A stretch of DNA of 64,000 nucleotides from Orbicella franksi (lineage: Eukaryota): positions 5,580,001 through 5,644,000 of the forward strand of contig OZ116702.1 in NCBI GenBank assembly GCA_964199315.1, written 5' to 3'. Position 1 is the stretch's first letter, and each line of letters begins with the position of its first letter. Under the pieces are notes generated by a model that worked only from the letters and a program-made list of their open reading frames with translations, made no database searches and was not told where the DNA came from. A program made the position numbers and the translations under genes. Shown one piece after another: positions 1 to 12,300 of this stretch.

Positions 1-155
1 TTGGTCACTGTCTTCTTAAGCTTGGCTCCTCCATGTATCTGGCTGAGCAGGGCCCCCCTGTCTGATGGTTTACCAGAGGACTTTGGTGGTGGACCAGAGG
101 CCTTGTGTGCAGGGGGAGGTGGTGGCCCAGGTGGTGGAGGAGGGGGAGGAGGCAT
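1..155 (-). CDS. WIPF: WAS/WASL-interacting protein (WIP/verprolin family), first coding exon, partial
   Basis: Minus strand from ATG at 155 reads MPPPPPPPPGPPPPPAHKASGPPPKSSGKPSDRGALLSQIHGGAKLKKTVT: polyproline followed by a WH2 motif (ALLSxIxxGxKLKKT), as at the N-terminus of WIP/verprolin. Acceptor (tcttttgttctatgtag) at 208-209 opens the exon; 156-207 is 5'UTR. Confidence 0.85.
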   Translation of the reverse strand, partial: MPPPPPPPPGPPPPPAHKASGPPPKSSGKPSDRGALLSQIHGGAKLKKTVT

Positions 156-539
156 ATTTTTGTTCTATGATTGCTTGACTCCCCCTGTCACTAATATTGT
201 GTTTCACCTACATAGAACAAAAGAATATGAGTTTTAGTTAAAAGATTGCAGGAAAAAAGCATCTGCAATTATAAATTAAAGCTAGTAAGAGTGGAATTAG
301 AGCTTTGGCATTTGCTAGTCTAATAAAGGAGACCTTCAGAAGTACAGCATTTGAACTGCAAAGTAACAAAGGAAAATCATCCCAGCTCATGAACAGGGCA
401 TGAACAGGACATGAACAGAAAATAGCTGACATAGCTTGGGGCCCAAGCGCCTACTACAGGGTGAACCTGCTCCTTTGAGCCATGATGCAGCCCAACTGAC
501 CCAATTCTAAAGAAAATGTAACAGTGAATTAAAGTTTGA

Positions 540-1130
540 GGTGCCCCCATAACAAGCATTGGCCCTTGTTCCACTTCTGACGTCATCTCCTTTGACCAAA
601 ATTGGGATCACTTATACTTCTGCCGGAGGAATTTAAGATCTTTCCAATGATACACAGATCAGAGTGATTGGGTCAATTGAGTGTGAAGTATGCATGAAAA
701 TGTTTAGAAATTGAAGCAAAAAACTTGGAACAAAATTTCCCTCAACTACACTTGGCTACTCCATGGTAAGAATTCCCGTCTTGATGATGCTTTTGCGGGA
801 ATATTTCAACTGGAAGTAAGCCCAGTAGAAGGTCAACAACTGCAGCAAAAAGATAAGAAAAGGAGAAAAAGCAAAAACAAAAAAACAAAAACAAACATGT
901 AAAGCCTAAAGACAAAGGTTACTTTCTTGCCCAAAAAATATCTCAAAATTTTCCTTTGTGAGCATGCCCCGAGCAAAAATGTCATAAAACGTGAGGCTAG
1001 TAGAAAGAAAGGCACACTGTCATGTTGCAAATGCATTTTTTGGAAGATTGGAGCTAATTTAGCTGACATCCTAATCCATGTATGTCCAAAAATGCATTTT
1101 TGCCAAAATCTGCAGGCACCAATGGGTTAA
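540..1130. mobile_element. Degenerate interspersed repeat ending in ...gcaccaatggg-TTAA (possible non-autonomous DNA transposon end)
   Basis: Right end GGG followed by TTAA at 1127-1130. No matching left end found and the left boundary is approximate. Confidence 0.3.
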
Positions 1131-3458
1131 CTGATGCAGGAAGTGTTGTCAGCCCTGCACTCACTTTATTACACCCAATTTAACATTCACTAACAGTTAG
1201 TGTAACTTAAGACTTCCCAGTCAAATCAAGCTCATAAAAGATGGTTTACACCTGATATGTCTGGATGGTGATGAATTGAAAATATCACCTTTTTGGTCGC
1301 AACTCAGTCTAAGTGCTTTTTTCTCTCCAATTATACAGGCAATATAAAAATTCAAAGGAATGTTGGTCTTTTTTTCTGCTCCTCTCTCTGATCTCCCTTT
1401 TTGTACTCATTACTTGGAGTAATTTTCAGGCTAAGGAGTCAGAAAATTAAGGTCTTTAGCTCAACTGGTGCACAAGAACAGACTCTTCAGTCTGTAACAC
1501 CATTTTCATAGTTCCAGTCACATGGACAAAACACGTACACTGTAATGTTTCAAACAATCACTTGCAGCATTGCTCTTGCAGATGACCAGTTTGTACATGA
1601 CAGAATCACCTATAAGCATAACTAAGCCAGCCCTGTTAAGTATTTAATTGATTTATCAAACACAAAATCATGGCGTCAACCATGTGTTACCTCAAGCAAC
1701 AACAGTACCATAAACTGATATCACATTATAATTTAGAGTCCAAGTACAATTTTGACATGAAATTTATCCCCAGTTACTAAACTTGACAGGCAGCTCCACT
1801 GGAAAATAAATTTCAACCAATTATTCAAATAAGTTCAAGTTAATAATTAGCATACTTGCAACATAATAGCACAATTACTGATGTACATTACAAAGCTAAT
1901 AGGTAAAGAACTGAACTTCCTTCATTGCTTGGAAATACAATGTATTATGACTTTGTCGTAAATTTGTTTCAAACAAAGTACAAGTCGACAAAAATCGAGC
2001 TGCTTTGAGGACATTTAGACGTAACATTTCGAACAGTTTACACTGAACAATACAAAAGAGCTCGTATTTACAAGTTTCGCCTTCTACCATATCCGAAGAC
2101 TTAAAAAGTGAGATAATTGCCCATCTATATCAGAATCACAACCTCTTAGAAATTCAAGGGACAACTTCTCAACGTATTGCGTTGGACGTATTCTCGCTGG
2201 CAATATCGAGCGCTGAATAGGTGATACGACACGATTACTTCCGCTATAACTGAGGTTTCGCTCTCCCATTATACGAAAACACTGTTTATGGGCACTTTAA
2301 CTCTTGACATTCTCTCTCTTTCGCAAGCAAGGATATAGCAAGTGAATGATGAAGCTTAACATCTACGAGTAAAATATTAATACTCGACAGAAACGCGCCT
2401 GTTTAAACACAGCATTCGTCAGACAAATTTGAAGTCAACTATTTCCTGGATATGGCTCACGTCTTTACGCGATCAAGTCTTGGCATGTGACTTTTTACGT
2501 CTTAAAATATTACCCACATGATACTCGGAGAGGGTAATAAGGTCGTAAAGCCAAACTAACAGTTGCAAATATCCTATAAGTTAAGTTGTAGGGCCTAGGA
2601 ATATATTACATAGTCAATCTTGTTACATGCTGAGTTGAGTACTTATACCGCAATCACTGCATTCTGTGCAACTTTTATATGTGGCAAACTTTCATCGTGA
2701 CACATCCGCGACCTGTGCTCGACCAGTGAACAGTCCAGCATAAGGCTAAAATTTTAAATGATTGTACGTGACAAAAAGGAGTCCCAAAATGTACAAGTAG
2801 TTCAAATCGGTGCTTTCCGAAACGTCCAAGGGTTAGGGTGGTTTCGCGCCTCGGAAAACCTACTTCTCGTTCATACCTCACCTTCTCAGTCAACCTCTAT
2901 GATCTAGAGTGTCCATACTTTCCTAGGATATTCCTCAAATGTTATTAGGAAATCAAAGATCTCCGAGAGTTCCAAAAATATGAACGGTTGCCGGTTAACC
3001 AAAATGGCCGTAGAAATAGTAAGCTTGACTCATGTCGTCACCACCCCTGATTATGACGTATTTCCTCAGATCCAGTCCCGCGAAGGTTAGTCCAGCGGAC
3101 GCGGTGATGATGAAATTTAGACCTCAGGACAAAAATACATGTAGCGCTTCCTGTGGTTTTCATTACCTTAGATGGAATAATTTTTTATAAGTATGATTCA
3201 ACCCTGCAGTCACTATATAGACCCAGATTCAGAGAAAAGTGGAAGGCAATCCCATACAAAGTGATGTTTATGCTTACAGTCCCAAACCGAAACGAACAAA
3301 ATCAGACAAGTAGTTTTGTTTTACATAATTATAGTTCATACGTCGTTTATACGACGCTTGTTTACTGACCTACAGACCAGTCTTGCTGCCTATTTCCTGC
3401 TCCAGGTCTGTAAACCAGAGAAAATCTCTCGCAAGGGTCAAGTGCCGCCGGGACAGAA

Positions 3459-3768
3459 CCCTGGTGGGGGTTCCTGTAGAAAAAGGGGGGGGGGGGGGGT
3501 GTTCGTTGTACCGAAGCAGTTTTAGTACCTCTTGGGGTGCTCAGCCTAAAAAGGTCCACAGCGGGAGCTTTTGCAGTACCTTTTAGGGTATTGAGCCGAA
3601 AATAATGTGACAGGAGATTATGTTTTGTTTTAAAATTGGTACCTCTTAGCTTAGGGGAGACAAACATTTCAAGCCACGCCCACAAAACAGGATCTTGGTA
3701 CCTCTTATGGGTTTTTTTCAAAATTTCCCACGAGCACCCCCGTCCTTTTGATATGGAAGTCCCCCGGG
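3459..3768. mobile_element. MITE with CC(C/T)GGGGG...CCCCCGGG termini (family A)
   Basis: Ends cctggtgggggttcctgtagaaaaagg...gtgttcg and cgagcacccccgtccttttgatatggaagtcccccggg are imperfect inverted repeats. The internal sequence recurs at ~4650-4812 (partial), ~54745-55094 and ~57832-58057. Confidence 0.75.
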
Positions 3769-3775
3769 ATCAGAA

Positions 3776-4330
3776 CCCAAGGAAGGAGGCACTCCTAGAA
3801 AAATTGGCTGGAGGTGTGCGGCCCGCTTCCGAAAACCCTTACCCTATTTATGACCAAAATCTGCGATTTTCCCTACCCTATTTATGACCTAACCAAACAT
3901 TTATGACCGTTTGAGCTGACATATGCACAGTTGCCCTACACATAATTTATGAAGGGCCTTTGTTGATGGTCTTATCATAACCTGCGAGCAGGCTCACGGC
4001 ACGGTTGGGTTTAGCGCGAGCTAGCTGAGGGTGGTCTAAGACGAGCCGGGCGAGCCGAGAGCAATCTGGCTATTTCACGCTAAACGGCTCGCTTCGGTCG
4101 CCAAATTTTTTTCCGCTCTCGCTGGGAGCCTGTTCGCTGGCTAGTCTTATCAATAAAGATGAAAAAGTAGCTTCTTCTAAAAAAACATGCTTAATTCAAG
4201 ACTAGAGTGTAAAAACCATACCCTATTTGTGACCAACATGGCCAAATTAGATACCCTGTTTATGACCAAAACGGCTGAAAAACCGTACCATACCTGTTTA
4301 GCCCATATAAGGGAGTCCTCCCCCCACGGG
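3776..4330. mobile_element. MITE with related termini (family B) carrying a nested insertion
   Basis: Left ggaggcactcctagaaaaattgg, right cccatataagggagtcctcccccc. Internal accctatttatgacc motif repeated; a related fragment lies at ~6755-6900. Confidence 0.7.
3978..4143. mobile_element. 166-bp MITE with 18-bp TIRs and a perfect 9-bp TSD
   Basis: TIRs taacctgcgagcaggctc / gagcctgttcgctggcta (15/18). gtcttatca is duplicated at 3969-3977 and 4144-4152. Confidence 0.85.
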
Positions 4331-5340
4331 GGGTCAGAAGCGCGCATGAGGCAAGTGAGAATTGTCTCCAACATTTGAAGCAAAAATATCCTGCGATCAG
4401 GCGTTCTTTTGGGGGGGGGGGGGGGGGCGAAGTAAAGATCGAAGGAAAGCAAAAAGCGTCAAACATGTCATGAAGAGCCAGCCACACACACACACAAAAA
4501 AAAACATCACGAGATCATGATACATCATCTTCTCTTGAAGACACTTTTGCCGTTCGAAAAATTGCCCAAAAAAATTGACAGGGAATATTTGATAATCAAC
4601 TTAACGAGCAGAAGAACGTGTTCGAAGCAATCGTTTTTATTGCTATTAAAAATTATGAAAGTGTCCGTTAGTGTTGTTTTGGAATTGGTATCTCTTAGAG
4701 GTGAAAAACAATTTCATGCCTCGCCCACAAAACAGGATCTTGGAACCTCTTAGGGGTTCTTTTCAAAATTTCTGACAAGCATCCCTACCCTTTTTGTATG
4801 GGATCTTCCTGGGTGTCAACCGTGTGATATGCATTGCTTCAAAGTTTGGAAAACCCATTTAAGAGCAGAAAATCACGATCACAGTTTGGAAAAATGATTT
4901 TATTAAGATGCAGCACTTGAGGCAAAATCAAGTCAGCGACACATGGTTTTAGCATTGCAGGTAGAACGAATGCAGTTATACATGAATAGGCTAACATTAG
5001 CTATTGCATCTACAAAGTCGTGATTAAGACTGCATCTTCTATAGCAGAACTTCATATGTTTAGTTCGCCTATAACATGTTTACACTAACCAGCCTGCTAG
5101 CCTACAAATGTAGCCAGTTTTCATCCATTCTGTTGTTGTCTCACACCAGTTGCTATTGTAGGCCAACAGTCTGTCTGCTTTTCAAGAAATCGCACTTGAG
5201 TACCAGAGAATAGAGACTACAATCCAACGATTATTCGCACAACCAGAGCAAGATATAACCATGATTACACTTAAATGTTTCTGTATAGAGATGTGCAAGA
5301 AGTGAACCAAGGCTTCTCAAATATTATTGCATTCATTGAT

Positions 5341-8300
5341 TTACAATCCGCCCATTCCTCCCATTCCGCCCATGCCACCCATCCCGCCCATTGGAGGCAT
5401 GTTTTCATTTTCATCCTTGGGCATGTCAACAATGACGGTCTCTGCTGTCGTCAAAAGGGAAGCAACACCAGCGGCATCTGTGATAGCTGTTCTGACCACT
5501 TTGGTAGGGTCAATAATTCCTGATTGGATCATGTCGACGTATGTGTTGTTCAAGGCATCATAACCGCTGTTACCTTCCATGGAGTTAACCTTTGCAAAAA
5601 AGATAAGTACACAGCGTTTCACAAACAATACCACTACATAATATTCGATCAATATTTTAAGCCAGGAAGTTTGTGCAAAAAAGGAAACTGCAGCAGTTAA
5701 GCTTACTGTGGACCTTCAAGGGACAATTTTTCCAAAACATGATTTTTTCACATCAAATTACTGATTACTATTTTGTCTGCATTTTCAAAAACAAAATTTG
5801 GAAAATTTGTAACATATGCAAGTTTGCCACAAAGAAAAATTAAATGTACATCAGTAGTTCATGAATCATTTTAAATTTTTAGTTATACATGGCCCCACAA
5901 GCCATTTGAACCTGAAATCTTACTGTGGATGAATAATTAAGTTAGTTCATTGATTGATTGATTGATTAATATTTAATCAACTAAGTCAAGTGCTATAAGC
6001 TAATAAGAAAGTGTCAACTCAGTTCCCTGTCACGTTTGAAGAAGCAATTTCATCAGCAGACTCAGATAATTTTCAAGCTTACATGTGTAAATATTTCACA
6101 GCATTTGACTTTCAATGATTGTGCTTATCCTCTAAAACCCAAAATGATTGATACAACTTGTCAGTTGTGGTACTTGACTTTAAAACAGTGCACCTGACAA
6201 ACACTTGTTTTGACTAAGGACACCTGCAGTCAGCCATAACGTTTCACCAATAAACTAAGATTACCTTCTCAACCACAAGTGCTGCTTCTACACCTGCATT
6301 CTCAGCAATAGTCTGACACGGTTTGCGCAGAGCTCTCCTGACAAGTTCTACTCCCTTGCCTTGGTCTTCATTATCAGTCTTGATGTTGTCGAGGCTTTGA
6401 TTGCATCGCAATAAGGCAACACCCCCACCAGGTACAATGCCTTCTTCCACAGCAGCCCTTGTGGCATTCAGAGCATCAGTGACACGGTCTTTCTTTTCGT
6501 TCACTTCTACTTCACTAGAACCACCAATCTATAAAACATGATTATCAGCATCATGCTAGAGTTGAGACAACATGCAGCCAGGATTTTCAATGACTTTTAA
6601 TGTGCAAGTCTGAACTTTCCAAGATAGCAAAGTGTGCTAAAAATTTGACTGCATCTTGGGTTAAAAACTGCTGTAAAAGTTTAGGCGCTCAACAAGCTTC
6701 TGAATGACAATGATTCAAGAACTTTGTTTAATAGAAATGTCAACTGGGAGCTAGGGGGGATAGTACTTACAGTAAAATTGGGTGGGGGTGGAGGTGTGAA
6801 GCAAACTTCCTGAAACCTTAACCCTATTTCAGGCCAGAATGTTTGACTTTCCCTACCCTGTTTCAGACTTGACCCAAAATTTGATACCTTATTTCAGATC
6901 TAAAACTTCTAAAAACACACCCAATTTCAGCAAGAGTTGACTTAGTAGCATACCTTCAAGATAGCAACACCATCAGAAAGTTTAGCAACTCTTTCATTGA
7001 TTTTCTCCCTCTCGTACTCTGATGTTGTAATTTCCAGTTGTTCTCTCAGTTGTGCGCACCTCTTTTCAATGTCTTCTTTAATACCTTTTCCTTTCAAGAA
7101 CAGGGTATCATCCTTGGTGATTGACACTTCTCCAACTTCACCAAGATCCTGAAGTTGGACATCTTCAATCTTTGTTTCCAGAGCATCATCACCAAACACC
7201 ATACCACCCATAGCGATGGCCATATCCTCAAGGGTGTTCTTGCGGTTGTCCCCAAAACCAGGAGCTTTCACTGCTGCCACCTGAAGACCAACCTTGAGCC
7301 TACAAAGGAGGAAATGCTAAATTTGTCAATCTTAAGCAGTGATTGCTTCTTATAGGGCATTTCATGGACCATTACCTCTCTACTACACTATACCCAATGA
7401 ATTACAACAACAGAGATGACAACTTCAAAAACACTGAAATCCGGAGGGCTCGCTACTTTCGGGGGTTGCTTCTTTCAGGATTAGTAAGTGGCCACAATAA
7501 TTTTACTTTACTTTTGGGGAGTCGTTACTTCCAGAGGTTCAGGGTAACACAATTGAGGCACACTACGATAAGAAACAATTGAGACTTTCTTCTTGCCATT
7601 TACCTGTTCAGGACAAGGGTGGTAAGAGCTTCCCCATCAACATCTTCAGCTACAATAACAAGAGGTTTCCTGTGTGCACTGGCAAGCTCAAGTGCTGGAA
7701 CAATCTGCTGAATGGAAGAGATCTTCTTCTGGCAAAGGAGAACCAAACAGTCCTGGTATTCAACTTTTTGTCCTAAAAACAAACACCAAAGAAAGATATT
7801 CAGTTTGTAAACAGAGTGAAAGTTGGACTCTTGGAGTGCTTTCCACTATACCAGACCAACCAGTCAGAGACCACTAGGAATCACCAGGGAAAAACGGCAC
7901 AACATTTTCCAATGAAACCAGGCCAACCAAAAGGAATGGTTCTTACCATTTTTTATTCCTTTTCTGAATTCCCTACATAGGTGAAGTAGGGCAATGAACC
8001 AGTTTGTCAAAATAGAATGGCAAATTTTGGTTCAACCAGTCCGATCGGTCAAAATGGACCACCTCCAGAGGTGGTCACAAACAGATCTAGACCAAACAAA
8101 AACATTCCATTTGACTTCTGACCAAAATTTTCAGAATTTTTGGAATAATGGAAAACACCCTTGATTTCTGCCTTGCAAGAAATCAGGATGAAAAGGTTTT
8201 CCAACAAAAGGATTTCACTTTCATAAGCGGAATATTTGAAAATACACAACACAATCTGAGAAACCGAAAACTAAGTGAGTAGAACTATTTACAACTTTTC

Positions 8301-10724
8301 ACAAGCCACACCTTTGGTTGTGTTGATAAAATAAGGGGAAATAAATCCACGGTCGAACTTCAGTCCTTCAATCAGCTCCAACTCATCATTGAGAGTCTTG
8401 CCATCCTTCAAATTAAAACACATCGCAAAGTATCACCATTTGCTAATGTATAATTTGGCAACTAGTTTAAAATCAATCAATCAATTCAATCAGTCAATCA
8501 ATCAATCAATCATTTATTTACCCATGTATCATCTAGTCAGCTAAAAGCTCGTTCAAAATACATACATACAGATAAAAAACGATAAGAGAGAAAGAGACAG
8601 AATCAAATTAGGGAACAAAAGATTTCAAAACTTTTTTCTTTATAATGAACATAGTCAAGAGAACATAAATGATGCTCATTACCTTTACAGTAATCACTCC
8701 ATTCTTGCCAACTTTCTTCATGGCTGAGGAGATCAATTCTCCAATTCCCTTGTCTCCATTAGCAGAAATTGTTGCAACCTGCAAACAAATTAAACCATCC
8801 TATAAATATTGAATTTCACAAAAAAGTGAAGATGATCAGGTTCTCAAGAGCTGATAAAATGGCTACAATTTTACCTGGGCGATTTCTTCAGGGGTAGTCA
8901 CAGGTTTGGACATTTTCTTCAAGTTCTCAATGATTGCTTCAACTGCCAGCATGACTCCTGAAAACGTATAAGAAGTATATTGGGCTGATCAGAAATTTTT
9001 AGGTGGCTCAGGCTTTATCTGATTCCTTACAACATTCTTAAACAGACACTCAAAAGACATTTAAGACTAACAAGGACTTTAGGGATGATGCCATTGAATT
9101 GGTTTCATCTATTACTTCTATTTTTACAGATTTCACACTGGATTGATCTAAACCATCAACAGAGTATGATTATTTTTATATCTTCCAACTGTTCATTCAA
9201 TCCTACAATATAACTTGATGTGAACGACATTAGCGTTCTGTCTTCAACATCCTAAATGCGACCAAACTTGCAGTTTACAATAAACATCCCCCACCCGCCC
9301 CTTACATAGGAGAACCCTTGGGTTGTAGGATATTAGCATGTCATGAGAGTTCTGCCAGGCAATACAACTCCTGCTAAGGTAGACCTTAGGCTTTCTAGAC
9401 TTTGAAAGCAATGTTAACCACGCCCACCTCGTCTGACTTCCTGTGGATTGGCTCCTTTGGACACCATCTCGAAGCCTTCCTTTGCAATGGACCTAGCAAG
9501 GATAGTGGCAGTTGTTGTTCCGTCTCCAGCTTCCTCATTAGTGTTGTTGGCGACATCTTGCACAAGACGAGCACCAATGTTTTGATACTTGTCTTTGAGT
9601 TCAATTGCTTTAGCAACAGTTACACCATCTTTGGTAATCTTTGGGCCTCCAAAACTTTGTTCAATTATTACATTTTTACCCTGAAAGAAAGTAATATTGA
9701 ATCAAGGGAAGAGAGGTTTATTTATTGACTTGTTGTTCAATCACTAAATAAGGAATTAAGTTGTATTCAATCAAACATCTCTGTCTGAAAGGAAAATGCA
9801 ACTGGAATTTAGGCATGATTGTTTCAACAAACTACAAGCACTATACAGCATTATACTTTAGTGAACTACCAATTTAGACTAATACATCTAAAGTAATGTG
9901 CATTTGCCACTGCAGCAAGTTTGGACAGTTGAATAATGATCAAAGAAGAATCAGGCCTTTATTAGCTCTCACTGATAACAGGCTAACACTCAAGACATGG
10001 ATCATGCGTACTAATAAAATTGAGATATTGACTGAGTGTAGACCAAGTGTTGGCTGAGTATTGAAAGGCATCTATGGTCAAGTGTCAATGGAGACCTTTG
10101 ATCAACACTCGATCGACATCTTGATTGATACTCAACCAACACTCAGTCTACGCTAGACCAATGTCTCAATTAACACTCGATTGACAGTTGATCAATAGTA
10201 CGCCAAGTGAAGACCAACTCATCAATCAACACTCCACGGCATGTTTGCAAAACTTAGTCGACTCTCAACCAACTGTTGACCGAGATGTTGATCGAGTATC
10301 AACCAAGGTGTCGATCAAGTATCGATAAAGGGTATCGAGCGTCACTCAACTGCGGATTCCTTTACTATGCATGATCCCAAGATACTACCCTGTCAAATTT
10401 TTTGTGGCAGTTGATTTAACTTGATTAATTTTAAGTTGGCAATCTACTAAGTGTTTTGGTTGTCCGCTGACTTGGTACAATTAAGTGTTCATAGAGAAAA
10501 TCCTTTTGGCTGTACTGTACCTTTGGACCCAAAGTCACTGCAACAGCATCAGTCAAAGCATCAACTCCTTTTAGCATGCTTAATCTGGCATCTGCACCAA
10601 ACTTTAGCTCCTTAGCAGCCTGTTGCTGCTGAGAAGTACTGAATCCCATGACGAGTCTAGGGGTGAGGAGCTTTGGAGAAAACAGCTGTCGAGCTGGGCG
10701 GATAATGCTAGGTAGACGATACAT
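5341..10724 (-). CDS. HSPD1: Mitochondrial chaperonin HSP60 (GroEL family), 9 coding exons, ~585 aa
   Basis: Exons 10724-10521, 9680-9428, 8957-8875, 8778-8683, 8405-8312, 7772-7604, 7299-6954, 6528-6265, 5589-5341; all GT-AG, phases consistent, 1758 nt. Motifs [46 protein letters not shown] and a C-terminal (GGM)n tail. Arg-rich acid-free presequence. AATAAA (minus) at 4899-4904. Confidence 0.98.
7832..8160. mobile_element. MITE in HSP60 intron
   Basis: Imperfect inverted ends gagtgctttccacta / taatggaaaacaccc. Confidence 0.55.
9999..10377. mobile_element. MITE in HSP60 intron
   Basis: Inverted ends ggatcatgcgtactaa / ttactatgcatgatcc; interior rich in tcgatc/actcaacc motifs; flanks caagacat / caagatac resemble a decayed TSD. 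Confidence 0.6.
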
Positions 10725-11827
10725 TCTAAAGACAAGAATAATCCCAATTTATTAACACTGAATTGACCTAAATAATAGGCTTTGGTTCATCATGTTACAA
10801 GATACTGAGAATCAAAACATTCCCTTAAGTCTTGGATGGTCCTTTGACTGATTTTGCTTAAACATCTTGCTGCAAAAAATGCTAGACAGAAAAAAGTGTA
10901 AAGTTGGAAAAAGGGAATTCTTATTTTTTTGCATATGTTAAGGTGAATTCTAAGGAAATCTGTGAAGAGAGACTTTACCAATCCCTTTTAGAAAAAATAA
11001 TGAGGTTAGCATTTTTGTTGGGGGTTTAAGGCTAAAGTTATTATTTCCGAAAAATATATAGCTTCCCCCAGTTTTCTTTTTGGATTCCAGTAGCCCTTGC
11101 AGAGATCTTTTGGTGCACAGCCTTATCCAGACCAGACCTTGGCACCATCCCCCTGAGAGTAAGATTCGTGATTTTCAGATTTTATGCACATTAAATGGTG
11201 AGCAGTGAGAGTGTTGAAGGCAATGTAGAGCAGGGATGTTCCCAGAAAGGAGGAATAAAACTGGACACATTCTTACCCTTGCTGTATCCTTAACAGGGGG
11301 TAATAACAATATTCTTACTTACATGCATATTATGCAATCCACTAAAATGTTACACAGTCACACTACACATGATAAATTAAAGATAACTCGTTGAGTTCCA
11401 AATGCATTTCAAGTGCTGATGGTTTCTTGATTTTTCATTTCGGCTAGATAACCTGCCATTCTAGCAAATAAGACTTCTTGGTTTAAATCTTGAGAAAAAA
11501 AATTGTAGAGAGGTTACAAAGTTACTCCCTTGCTCTGTTAACTGTGCACGCAAATTAAAACGCAATTTCATGCCAAGTTCTTATTTGCAGTAATACATTC
11601 GTCAAGCAGATAACGAATACAACGCTTCTAAATACTTTTAACCGAAAATCACGATTTTTTTCACAGTTAGAAGTTTGATTCCAGGAAAGGCTGATCTGAA
11701 AAACCACGTGTGTGTATAGGCTGATTTCACATGCGATCTTTACCGGACCAAAATTGCGGCCAAAAAAATCGCCGTTGAAACGTAATATTAATATACTTAA
11801 TAAAATTCAACTGATCAAAACTCTCAC

Positions 11828-12300
11828 CTTAATATTGCAGACAGTGATGACGGGTTTTAGAGTTGATTAGGTGCCCAAAATTGTGCAAAATTCGCAGAAC
11901 ACCGATGAAGTCTTGAACCTCAGTGGACCCACGTGCCGAAAAGGACGAAGAATCTACTCGGCATGCTCTGTATAGGAGCAATTATTCCCCTCTAGGGTGG
12001 GGACACTTAGCGAAAATATTGGGTAAACTACTTCTCACTACATAACGTTTCTAAGACAAAATTACTTCGGAAAAGTGTTCAAAATATTTATAAGTTAATT
12101 TCAGTCATGATAATTCTTTCTTAAACTTGATATTACCAAACCAAAATAACTACACGGATTATGATTTTGATCCCTCCCCTCCCTACTGTACATTTAGACA
12201 CACCCTCTTTATGCGATACGATTGCGCAGAACTTGCTCTTTTCCACGTGTGAATTCGATATCTCCGCCGGTTGGAAGGCTTCGTGCTTTTTCTTGTGAAA
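11828..12300. promoter_or_regulatory. Bidirectional HSP60/HSP10 promoter including the non-coding first exon of HSP60
   Basis: Minus-strand donor AAG|GTGAGAG at 11828/11827; an acceptor lies 1 nt before the HSP60 ATG (10725); HSP10 ATG at 12301. CACGTG at 11930-11935 and 12244-12249; ATTGCGCAGA at 12221-12230. Same head-to-head layout as vertebrate HSPD1/HSPE1. Confidence 0.8.

Noticed and set aside
1-237. 78-aa Gly-rich plus-strand ORF
   Set aside because: Antisense shadow of the polyproline WIP exon.
1268-1391. Possible C/D snoRNA (GTGATGA...CTGA)
   Set aside because: Opposite strand to the host intron, no terminal stem, motif frequency compatible with chance.
5344-5400. GGM repeat at the HSP60 C-terminus
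   Set aside because: Normal chaperonin feature, not novel.
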